From Amoebophrya sp. A120 (taxonomy: Eukaryota > Protista > Dinoflagellata): 64,000 nt of DNA. The notes under the pieces are model-generated. The model was not told where the DNA came from. It worked only from the letters and a program-made list of their open reading frames with translations, and did no database searches. A program made the position numbers and the translations under genes. Position 1 is the stretch's first letter; the number at the start of each line of letters is the position of its first letter. The stretch lies in NCBI GenBank assembly GCA_905178155.1, contig CAJINV010000009.1, positions 3,785,556-3,849,555 of the forward strand. Reading direction: 5' to 3'. Shown in pieces: positions 1 through 11,003 of this stretch.

Positions 1-59
1 GCGTTATGGATTGAGGGCAAAATTTGTAAAACCGTTAACGTTTTTAACACTTTTTTTGT

Positions 60-3000
60 TTGATACTCAGTCAGGTCACGCAAGACAAGAACGAGCAAAA
101 GGTTCCCAAGGTGACCAGAGACATGCGGACGCGGGAGCGAATGTTGCACGACTACGTGGAAAGTCCGGAAAAGAAGCAACAAGCTCGCTCGCCGTCAAAA
201 GGAGACAACGGCGCGACCGCTGAAACAACAACATCAAACAAGAAGAGCAAGAAGAAAAAATCTTTATCAGTGAAGGAGCAGCACATTAAATCCCTGCAGT
301 TCTTCGAGAATCCCGAAGTGGAAGCAGCAGATATGGGAGTGTCAGGATCGAAATCGTCAAAGGTGAAATAATCTGTAATGCAAAAAAGCGATACCAGCTG
401 GGGCCCAGTTTGCACGTGGCGCATGGCAAATTTTGGCAGTATGGAAATCCAATTTGTCATGCTGTTTGAGCAGAGATGGCTGCTTTTGCCATGCTACTTT
501 ATCTCTAGAAGCTCTATCTCACACCCCAAGCAGGCTTATAATCGGCCTCAGTTGCCTGCTCTGTAAGACAGGCACTGTGCGTCTAGCATTTTATGCATCA
601 CAAGTTTTTTCAACTTTGTCAATTTCGATCCTGACACCCCCATAGCAGAGAAGGAAATGCTAGAGAACCAGAGTCCAAAATCCACCGCCAACATGGGTTA
701 TTCTGTGCAAAAGTATCGCACTCGTAGTAATTATTGCAATCATGCATTACAAGTCTCGTGCTTAAGGCAAATCTGCATTACAAATTTCATTTCTCATGCT
801 GAGAAAATTTGTCATGCGATTTATACCAGTACGATGTTTTTGCCTTGCATATGGGCGGGATGAATTTCTCGCCCAAAGAAGACCTCTACAAAGACTCGGA
901 GGAAGTCGCCGCGCTGCGCCGCGCGGGATTTTCCAAGGATGCAGTCAGGCAATTCCAGGAGAGGGAGGAGGTGTACGAGCAGAAACGGTTGGACGGGCAG
1001 ATCCAGCGGAAAGTGCCGGCGAACATGTTTGATAAGAATGTCTACAACGAATCCACGTCGCCGGTTATGATCCTGGGAAAAAGTGTCGTATGGACGTACT
1101 AGTGATTGCAGTCTATGTATGAAGACACTTTGTTCTTGCAACTACCTGAAGTAGCATGACAGATTTCTTTTGTCCTTCTGAAAAAAATATGATGTCTAGT
1201 TGCAATTCCAATTTCTACCATGTGCGATACTTTCGCAGTGCATACCGGTGAAACGAAAACTGAATCAGCCAGAGATGAACGTGAACGAAAAAATGCTCGC
1301 GAACCAGAAGAAGGTCACCTCGCAGTTGATCCAAAAGTACACGTCGAACGAGAACATGGCGACCAGCTTCGTTATGGAAGTGTCAGGTTTGAAATCGTCA
1401 AAGTTGAAATAGTTTGCGATGCGTAAAATGCTAGACGCAAAGCGCCTGTCTTGCAGAGCAGGCAACTGAGGCCGATTGTAAGCCTGTTTGGGGTGTGCGA
1501 TAGAGCTGCTAAAATAGCATGACAAAAGCAGTCCTGTCTGCTCAAACAGCATGACAAATTGGATTTCCATGCTGATGCTGCCAAAATTTGTCATGCGCCA
1601 CTTGCAAACTGGGCTCCAGCTGGTATCGCTTTTTTGCATATACAGATTATTTCACCTCTGACGATTTCAATCCTGACGCTCCCATATTCGTCCAGGAAAC
1701 GGAAACCCTGCAAAATCCGGAGCGGGAAAGCTACAAAAAGTGGAACAAGAGCAGCCTCATGTCGCGCTGGCTACCCGGTGTTGGATCGAACAAAAAAAAT
1801 GCCGCACAACCCCCCCCGCCCCCACCGGTCCCCGGGAGAGACGAGGGAGACAAGCGGAGTAGGAGTAGATCGACATCGAAAGAAAACAACAACGGCCTGA
1901 CTTTACCACTGCAGGGGGAAAACAACAATCAGTACTATGATGTTGGCGACGGAAACGCCAATGCTGCTGCTTACCAGCAGCCTCGGACGGAGCAAATTGT
2001 CGCCGCGATAGAGGAAAAGGAAGGTGGTTTTCATCTCCCCTACTCGCCTGAGATGGAGAAACTAAAACAACAGAATCAGCAGCAGACCATGCATAAACCA
2101 AAAAACCTGCACAATCCGCCACCCCTCCCCGGTATGCAGCAGTTCTCCGACAATTCTCGGGAGCCGCCGCGAAAAGTCACGACCGGCACGAATTTCTTCC
2201 CTCCCAACATGCACGAGTCGAACCGGTGGCAGAACAACAAGGACATGCTCCAATTGCAGAAGGACCGGGGACAACTGCAGGATCCTGTGAACAAGCAGAG
2301 TGCAAGCTCAGCTTTGCGACCGACCGAAGCAGATTCGCGGGACGACCTCATCAATTTTAGTCGCCCGGACCCCCCGGGGAAGAAATTGACGAAAGTGGCG
2401 GAGCAGGGAGCAGCTTTAGAAACGCAGGAAATAAGAGAACAACACGAAAGGCAACAACAGCCGCCGAATACTGTTCCCACACCGTCCCCAGCGAAGAATA
2501 ATGCGAGGGGGAATACTAGAATTATAACCGACCCCAATCTGCAGCCGATGTTACCCAGAATGGACGATTTGATCTCCGATTTGAAAGTGAAAAAGGAAAT
2601 GGAACAGGCAGGAGAAACACTAAAGACACAGAAAGACAACAACAAGCCGCAACCACGAACGGCAAGTAAAACGAGCAATAGCAGTACCAGTGCGCAAAAC
2701 TTGCAGCCGCCGGCGGTACTACCACCAAGCGGGGGGAACAACAACCAGTTGTACGACTACTCGAGCTCGGATGATGAAAAATACAACAAGCTTCCGAGTG
2801 CGGCGTCGAAGAACCAAAGTCAACAAAAATCCTCTTTTTTCGGCCGGCTGTTCGGCGGCGGTGGTTCAGCAGCAAAACCACAACCAGGAGGTGCCGGCGC
2901 GCAGAACAGTAGTCGCTGGGCCGTGGACCAACAACAGCAAGACGGTAAATCCTCGAAGAAATACGAGCAGAAGGAACCAACATCGAAAAGCAAGCGGTGG

Positions 3001-4034
3001 TTGCAGCCGTCACCTTTGAAGAAGCCGAACGTGCTGCAGGAGCATGATCCGTATGAATTGCAAAAATATCTTCGAACTGGTCCTGGTGGTAAGTATCGCA
3101 TCTTCAGAAATTTGCTCAGCATGACAAAAAATGGAGTTTGGCATGCAGAAAGTGAAAGAGATTCATTTGTCATGCATAATTGCGATAATTACTTACTAGC
3201 ACGATACTTTTGCAGAGGATAACCCGCACGAAAACGCGTTCACGTACGAGACGGATTCGGGCACTTTGGTGACCAACGTGATGGACATCCACTCCGTTTC
3301 CGATGACAATTATGGTGGCGATCATTCTGGTGGTGGGCGTCAAGAGCAAGACCGGAACAACTACGACGCCGCCAGCACCCTGACTGGAAAAGTCTCCGCG
3401 GCAAACTCTGGATCTGTGGACACGACGAAGAACGACAGAATCAGCAGAGACGATAGTCCGGCGAAACCGCAGCCGTCCTTCTGGGACCGGTATCCACAAT
3501 AAATAACTTCCCGTACACGTACAAATACGGTCTCTGCATGACAAAACTTAGCTTCGATCCTAGTATGCTCGCAGGACAAACAACAAAAGTAGAAGATTGG
3601 TGAAATTTATTGTGATGCATCTTGTACAAATGCGGGAATGGAAATTTGTATTGCATACACGGATGCTCAAATCAACGAGGACAAAAGGAAAAATCATCGC
3701 GGAAACGGAGCACAAGTCCGTTGTGAAAAAATCGGCTCTGAAAAAGGACAGCAAAGAAACAGGCGGAAAGCAAGTGAAGATCAACAGCAAAATCGAGCGG
3801 GTTCCGACGCAGAGAGACGACTCCCCAATGGCAGCGGGTGGCGCCGGCGCCCCGGGTACTAACAACAATCAGAAAGGAACTGCTCCGAAGAACAAGGCAG
3901 CGCAGCGGTTTTTGGTGCCGTCGGTCGGCAGCTCCGCGGGACGAGGGGGTTTTGACCGAGCGAAAACAAACTTGAACAGCAACATGAACGAGCTGCAGGC
4001 GTTTTTGAGGCAGGAAAAGGCGCTGCACAAGTAG
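60..4034 (+). CDS. Hypothetical low-complexity (Q/N/S/P/K-rich) protein, 5'-partial, interrupted by 6 introners
   Basis: ORF fragments 60, 657, 809, 1200, 1588, 3266 and 3597 join in frame once each element plus 5 nt is removed (EAA|EKEMLENQ, STSPV|KRKL, SFV|QETE, HDP|HENA, WDR|MLKS). Stop TAG at 4032-4034. No domain recognised. Confidence 0.75.
332..644. mobile_element. Introner family A (TIR TATGGGAGTGTCAGGATCGAAAT)
   Basis: 313 bp; DR GCAGA/GCAGA; removing 318 nt restores frame. Confidence 0.9.
699..851. mobile_element. Introner family B (ends TATCCTGTGCAAAAGTATCG / TATGAATTGCAAAAGTATCG type)
   Basis: 153 bp; DR TGGGT/TGGGC; frame restored. Confidence 0.85.
1066..1244. mobile_element. 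Introner, diverged family B
   Basis: 179 bp; DR CCGGT/CCGGT; frame restored. Confidence 0.85.
1373..1686. mobile_element. Introner family A, inverted relative to 332-644
   Basis: 314 bp; DR TTCGT/TTCGT; interior is the reverse complement of the first copy. Confidence 0.9.
3052..3221. mobile_element. Introner family B
   Basis: 170 bp; DR ATCCG/ACCCG; frame restored. Confidence 0.85.
3491..3657. mobile_element. Introner family H, short degenerate copy
   Basis: 167 bp; left end TATCCACAATAAAT..CCCGTACACGTACAAA resembles the 49567 TIR; DR ACCGG/CACGG; frame restored. Confidence 0.7.
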
Positions 4035-5349
4035 GATTTTTTACTGGAATAAAGCTGCTTGTTGAAGTACTAGGGGGGATCCTCGAGAAGAATCGCTGAC
4101 TACAAGTGTTGAGATAAGTATAGAACGGATTTTTCTACAGCAGGAACCACAGCCAGAGAATTATCTCCAGGATTCTTACACTTTTTACGTATGAGTTGCA
4201 TGGGCTCTTTTGGTACCGCTACCGTACTGCAAGGGCCGCTACGCAACTTCTTTGAGCAGACGACGTTTGATTCTATCTACTCTCCAGCGCAGCATGACTC
4301 TTCTACAACTACAGTCGTTGCGCTAAGTAATTGAACTTTTCATTTTTCAACCGCGAACTTTTTTCCTGGATCCGTTTCTCAAATAGACGACAAAGCTAGA
4401 GTGTGAAAAAATGTTTATCCAACTTCAAGAACACCGGGACCGGCCTACAGAGCCAGATATTTGATGAACTGCTAGCCGAAATATAGTGACAGATATCTTC
4501 GCGATCCTGAACTTAGTAAAAATCAAAGTCCTACATACCTCAGGACAACTCGACGAATATTGAAGCTGCCAGAACTGCTAGTGAAGATAGATTTTCACAC
4601 CGATTCTCTAGTTGCAAACAATTAGCGAGCCTTTTTTTGAGTCACGAAGGACGACGTCCAAATAAATCGACGAAAGTGCTGTAGATGAACCAACAGCGAC
4701 AGAATCTGTACAAAAATTCTGAAAATGATTCTTCTCAGAGACCACCACAACGACAATATGAGTGTAGGCACGTACTACCACCCTCAGAGAGCTGCTTTTG
4801 AGAATATAGAATGTCAATTTTTTTATCCAGCATTTTGGCTCCGGAGGTCGTGCGAGCCGTTCCTCCTTGTTTCTGCGCTTTTTTTTTCACTGCCGCAGAA
4901 ATACAGGCAATGCGTTTTCATCTCCGGTGTTCCGCGTCCATGTGTAGGAGCTTGTATACTATTGCCACCGTCGTCGCTCGTTGTAGCTGGTGGTGGTCTC
5001 CTGATGCACTCGTTCTTCTTCTTTGTTTCATTCGTTTGTCTCTCTTCTTGTTCCAGAGCTTATCTTCCTCATGAGAGCAGTGACTTGTCCACGTGGCAAC
5101 GACCACTACAACCTGGCGAACAATTAATACAAGCTGGCGCAGACATCAGCATCACGGAGTGTGCGTCCGTGGCTGCAGCAGCTAGCTTCGTGGTTGCGTC
5201 CTGGCCCATTTCACCATACGTCCGCAGTCACGACAGTATCTCCAGATGAACCACCGAAGAGAGTTTTTGTGTTGATGTTATCCTCACTTTCAGTAATTAT
5301 TACAGAGGCGGCTAAGAACAATTGCAATTCTTTGGAGCGAAAAACAAAG

Positions 5350-8300
5350 ATGGGGTCGTCTCGTCGTAGCAGCGCGGACGGTATTTGTGCTTCCGTGCCA
5401 CCGGATCATGCTGTTCACCAGCCCCCGTTGGAAGATGGTGGAGGAGAGTCTCATGCAACTGCCCCTCAAGTAGAAGAACAGCAGCAGGGCAGTGGAATGC
5501 AGAAGGTCGTCCGGCAGCCAGGACCAACAGCTGCACAGGAGCCTTCCGGCCGGAAAAAGTCCTTGATGCAGCAGTTTTTGTTCAAGAGGCCAGCGGCTCC
5601 AAGTGTGTGCGAAGGCGCGGCTACGGAGACCCTCGCAGACCAACTGGGATTGCTGACTGAGGAATCTGGCTACAGTAGGGAAGAAGCGCTACTGGGACTA
5701 TTTTCCGTGCTTTCATCTCGGCAAAGCGGTACTCTCGTCGGACGTGGTGGAAATTCATCCGGCAATACTCATTCGACAATCACCCTCAGCGCCGCCGCGA
5801 AACAGTGGCTGGAGGAACGGGACGAGCAGGCGAAAACTGGAGCTGAAACAACTACTCCGTCTTGTTCTGACAAAGTTGTCACGTATGACCAAGTCTCAGC
5901 ACGGGTGAAGCTGATCAACTTGGAGCACCTCGACGTTGGGATGCAGCATGATTCTGAGGTGGACCATTCCGACGCGGACCCTTCCTCTGGCCTACGACCT
6001 ATCAAGTGTAAAAATGTCTGGGTCTGGAAGAATGCGCGATTTGTCATGCTGCTTTTCCATGACCCATGAGGTCTGGAATGCCGGAGCTAGCATGACAGAT
6101 TCTGCGAGACCTTTCTAATGCCTATCCTGCATGAGAAACTCTCTCCCGATTTGGTCAAAACTGGGCGACTTTTGGCAATCATGCAACACAGATTTTTGTA
6201 TGCTGCAGATTCAGCATGACAAGTTGCAATCTTCCAGACCCAGACATTTTTACATTTGATACGAACAGTAAATAAGCAACCAGAGCACGGCGTCATCGTG
6301 GATTTTGACGAGGAAAGCGGACGGTTTGTGGTCGACGTGAGCTGTGAGGACCTGGACGTGCAGATCGACCCGATTCGGTTTCTACGGGCGGAGAGTCTAC
6401 AACTCGTATTGAACCCTGCAGCTTCATCGGGAGGAGGTGGTGCTAGTACGGGAGCGTACTCTGTGTTGGGAAACAAGAGTCGAGCGGCCACCTCGCAACT
6501 GATTCTACCCACAGGAGCTGCGGGAAAGATGAAGGAAAAGTTTTTGAACACGATTCAGCAGAAATTCAGTTCCAGCCGCAGACCGTCGAAACAGAACATC
6601 GATGGTGTTGCAGAAGATGGCAACGCCGTCGCCGTCAACATTCCTGCAATAGCTTCCGCTGCTACTGGTGCTGAAGCTGACAAAAACAAGCACGAAGAAA
6701 GTGAGCAGAAAGATGTCACAACAGCATCGACATCCTGCTCTTCGAGTAAAACCACGACACCGACGGGTGGTACCACCGGGGGTCGTGTTGCCGCAAAAGT
6801 AGCAGCGTCTTTCAACCCCGCCTCACGGCTTTTTGGCAGAGGCACAGCGACAGCCGGTACTAGTGCAAGCAAACCTGCTTCATCCCAACAACATCGAAAA
6901 AAGGCGGAGCTCGGCGTTCCAGCGGTTGCTGCGACAGGAAGTACAGGCAGTGCTTCTTCCTTCACCAGTTTGGTCAAATCGAAAATTTTTCAAGCGACTT
7001 CGTCCACGACCTCGGGAACAGCTGCGCACCAGCAGAAAAACAAGAACAAAACGAGCAAAAACTGGACGAATTGGGGTGGAGGCAGGTTGGGGGAAGGACC
7101 AGTACAACCCGAGGAACTAGAATCAGTATCACCCTCTTCCACGGTCGTGTTAGCCACTGCGAAGTCCGCGGACAGTTCGTACCACGATTTTGACAAAGAT
7201 TCAGATTTACACTCGAACGGTAACAACTCCCGACGGCTCAGCACGCGAAGCGAGTTGTTGGATGTTGCGGAGGGGGTAAATGCGGGAGCAGAAGAAGAAG
7301 AGCCGGAAGCGGATCAAGGAGCTCCTGGTGGTCGAAGCACTAGAAGTGGGGAAAAAACCAAGAAGATAAAGCCTATGTCATCAGCTTCATCCAGTACAAC
7401 GGCTTCGAAGTCCGAATCGCTTGCCGCACGAGCAGCAGAAAATAACGTCGACTCCGGAAGGGACTCGTCCGAAGAATCTGCGGCGCGGGCGAGCAGCAAT
7501 CGCAAGGGTCCAGTAGAACCCGCCACTGTCCCTTCCTCTCGCATCAGCAGCACCAGCAGCGCGTCCTCCGTGATGGAACATTTCCTGGAAAAAGAGTTTC
7601 AGCGCATGGAGAAAATGAAGGAGCAGCTGGATTACGCCTTGCAAAACTATCTTCGCACATAGGAGAAAACGCATGACAATTGTTTTTCGATCGAGGGGTA
7701 ACGAAAATCCAAATTAGTAGAGCCTGTCATGGAGGTGATTCAGGTATAGAAATAGATATGCATCTGTCATGCCCATGCGTGATTGCAATCAATGCGAGTT
7801 GTGCGACGTTACTTTTGCACAGGATATGGATACGCGGGAGCAGTTGATTACATTGCGCGAGGATCAGGTGTCGATGAAAGAACGCGAGCTGAACGCCAAG
7901 GAGTTATCCTGTGCAAAACGAATGTATCGTACTGCAACTGCAGTGGGAGGTGCATTACGCATGAGAAAGAGAATTTCTAATGCTGATTGAGCTTACGAAG
8001 GAGAAGGTGAAGGACATGTGTCATGCGTAACTAGTGTTACATGGCTAGTACGACTACTGTTTTTTTGCACAGGATAGGAGTTGGAGCTATACGATTTGCA
8101 GAAGCAGCAACAGAAAAAACTCGCACTGCAGCACGCCGAAGCGCTTCGGATGCTGGAAGAAACTAGTACGGCGAAGACGGAGAAGGAGGACCTGTGTGGG
8201 GATGAAAAGGAAAACTCGGATCAGACCACCGCGTCTTATGCTTTTGTGAAAGCTGGGGTGTGTCTTTCTCTTTGTACTCATGTCGTGTCATCGTGCTCGT

Positions 8301-8850
8301 GATGAAGCTTTGTCATGCTATTTTTTTTCTGTAGGATCGGATCATGTTCATGACCCAGGCTTTTACATGGGATATTACAACTTCGAAAAGCAACAAATCC
8401 GGAACAGCTGGGGGAGCGCTGATTTTTTCGAAATCGCTGGATAACGGGGACAGCAGAAAGAACAGTCCGCAGGCGGAGGATGCGATAGCAGGTGGCGGGT
8501 TGATGGAAGCGGGGAGTTTCGAAGGATCCGAACTTTTGCTGGAAACGACGTATTTGCTATACAAGTGTTATATTTATTTCTCGTTGGGAAAGGGCGGAAA
8601 GGCTGGAGCAGCAGAGGCAAGACCAAGAGGAGGCCCGCCGGACCCAAAGATAAGCGAAAAGCAGTGGGAGAAGAGCAGGACGGGGGCGTCGAGGATAGCC
8701 GGAGAAGAAGATGCTGCAGAAGAAAAACCGGAATTCGTGGTGGAAGAAAGCTTTTTCTGTGAAAACTCGGGCAAGGAGGAATGGAAGGTGGCGGGAGCCT
8801 GGTTTGCAAAGCAGGCGGATGAGACCTGGGCAGTGGTGCGCGGCGGGTAG
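5350..8850 (+). CDS. Hypothetical S/T/A-rich protein with C-terminal coiled coil, 4 introners, 3' end uncertain
   Basis: ATG at 5350. ORFs 5161, 6256, 7769, 8081 and 8344 join in frame after element removal (EQLD|TREQ, AKE|LELY). An AT-rich stretch near 8550-8585 may be a further intron. Confidence 0.7.
6000..6261. mobile_element. Introner family C (TIR TATCAAATGTAAAAATGTCTGGGTCTGGAAG)
   Basis: 262 bp; DR CGACC/CGAAC; frame restored. Confidence 0.9.
7633..7826. mobile_element. Introner, diverged family B
   Basis: 194 bp; DR TGGAT/TGGAT; frame restored. Confidence 0.85.
7905..8076. mobile_element. Introner family B
   Basis: 172 bp; TIR TATCCTGTGCAAAA; DR GGAGT/GGAGT. Confidence 0.88.
8237..8374. 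mobile_element. Degenerate introner
   Basis: 138 bp with TA..TA ends and internal TTGTCATGC; DR eroded; the +5 rule still restores frame. Confidence 0.5.
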
Positions 8851-9486
8851 CCCCTCGCCCCGATAGCACAGGCCTCTCGAGGCTAAAAAACGACACACGC
8901 ACATCCACGATTACATCGAAGAGTCTCTATCGAATATTTCTACTAGAGCCCCCGGATTACGCGTTGATACTGATACTGATATTTCTCGTTGGTCCACAAG
9001 ATTTGTGGCAGACTAGTTCCGATGAAAATTTGCAGTGTCTTCCACCAGGACGACCTAAAGTAACATGTATAACTCTGTCATGCATTTTTCAAGAAGAACG
9101 AATTGGAATTTAAGTGCAAATTCAAATCACGCCAGGTACAGTGCGGATTGCGACTGGGTGACGTCGGTGGAGAGTAAAGCAGAGACCGGGCGGCCCGAAG
9201 GGTAGGAACCGTCGACACAAATGATGTTGGCTGTGGTGCTTGGTGCGAACAAACACTATAAAGAACAAGAGGCGAGAATGGCACGAAAACCAGACAAAGT
9301 TGGAACCGTATGTGATGACGAAGTCCTTAACTTCGAAAGTAGTCGGCACAGAAAGTAGCGAAGACTTGGCGAAAGCCCCTGGTAGCTAGATAGGAGTATA
9401 ATTGCTCTCCACCTCCTCGCACGAAAGGTGTCTCCCTAATCCTAGTAAAGAACCATATTCGCCGCAGCCTCGCGGCTGTGGTCGAA

Positions 9487-9729
9487 GTAAAAAATGCTGA
9501 AGACACCACCTGGAGGAGGATGACCTTGAAAGCGACTCGACGCATCATGCTTTTTATTGCTGTGAAGAATGAAAGTAGGGCTAGGGCGACCAGCTCCAGC
9601 TTGTGTGTAGCTTCAACATCGACATCCCTATGCTGTGCTACAAATGTCGCTGTTCTTCCAGAAATTCATGTAAAGCACACCACTGTGCTCTCGTTCTGCA
9701 TTCTTGCTCTTGGGGGTACTTCGGAAAGC
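9487..9729. repeat. Diverged dispersed repeat, copy 1 (partner 16796-17031)
   Basis: Colinear anchors AAAAATGC..CACCAC, CCTTGAAA..ACTCGACG, CGACCAGCTCCAG, CCAGAAA..CATG and GGTA.TTCGGAAAGC. Confidence 0.75.
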
Positions 9730-11003
9730 TGCTGCGATGCCTCGGCCTAGTTTACTTCGCTATGCTTATTGTTGTACTTCTCTCCTTCGACGCTCGTTGC
9801 CCCGTTTGTTTCTCCGTAAACAGTGACTACGCTGGTGCAGTCGAGGAAATGGAAATATTACAGGATGCCAGCATACGCATCGCCCGGAAGACTTTTTTTT
9901 TAGAATTTCCTAGTTCCAGAATAGCATGAAAAGAATTGAAGAAGGAGCTTGCGAGTTCTTTAATCTTTTCAGCTGGTTAGCATGACCCTGACGTAAAAAT
10001 AAGAAAATAACGTTACAGAAAAAGTGTCAGCACTTCCTTGAATTTCGGTGGCGGTCTGACGTGTCTATGCACCCACAAAAAAATCCATTGAGAATAAGTC
10101 CGATGTATCGGTAGTCGTCGTACTCCCCCCCTGAGAATCAGATGCCATCAAAATAACAGGAGTACAAACGCTTTAAAATCATAATCTTCGTTCCGTGAGA
10201 CTCGTCTTTCTCCAGTTGTCGGTCCAGGTGGACACCGTGAGACTTTGTCTTTCTTCAGGTGGTCCCCTCAAGCACTATGTCGGTTCATTGACTTCGTGAG
10301 TAAGAGTAAGAGTAGTCGATGTTGATTACAGCAATCTCTCGGTTCTGTTGTTTGCTATGTAGTCTGGAGTCATTTTTCCATTCGGCTTTCCAAATTTCAT
10401 CGATAAGAATGATCTTTCGGTTCGTCCTGTGTGACCTTTGTAGCAGGTTGAATATTGTAGACGAGCCGTTGCGTGCATGGTGCGCTTCTAAAATCTCCGA
10501 ATATTTTACTACTCCTAAAGAAAAGTTTTGTTCAAGATTGTTTTTTTTTTCATTTTCAACCCACGACGAGTTACAGCAACTACAGTCCTTCCCAATGAGT
10601 ATTCACGGCCCCACCTAAAAGAATGAAGGCAGTTGCGTTGTGCATTTTCATTTTGATTGACTTCTATGTTTGATACAATTTATTATTTATTTATTTCGTG
10701 CTTAAAAACAAAATCCGACTCAAAGCACAAATAGAGGGAGCTTACAACTTTCGCGCTGTTGTCTGTGTGCTGGGGTTGCGTCGATTGTGCTCTTTACGAC
10801 CGATGAAAAACCTCCATAGTCAAGCAGAGCGCTTGCAAAAAAATGGAACACAAAGCGGAGATTTGTAGCTGCACCAAGAGAGCGTTTTTTTTCTGGTAGT
10901 AGCAGTGGAAGCACATCACTAGTATAAAGAAAAATCAAATATATCAACACTATTTGAAGAAAAACCGAGAGTACTAGAGGAATCAGTCACACGATTCGAC
11001 ACA

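Noticed and set aside
10665-10943. Possible introner joining a signal-peptide exon to the 777-aa ORF
   Set aside because: Only a ~9-bp imperfect TIR and no DR, and frame is restored by +0 rather than +5. Not counted among the introners.
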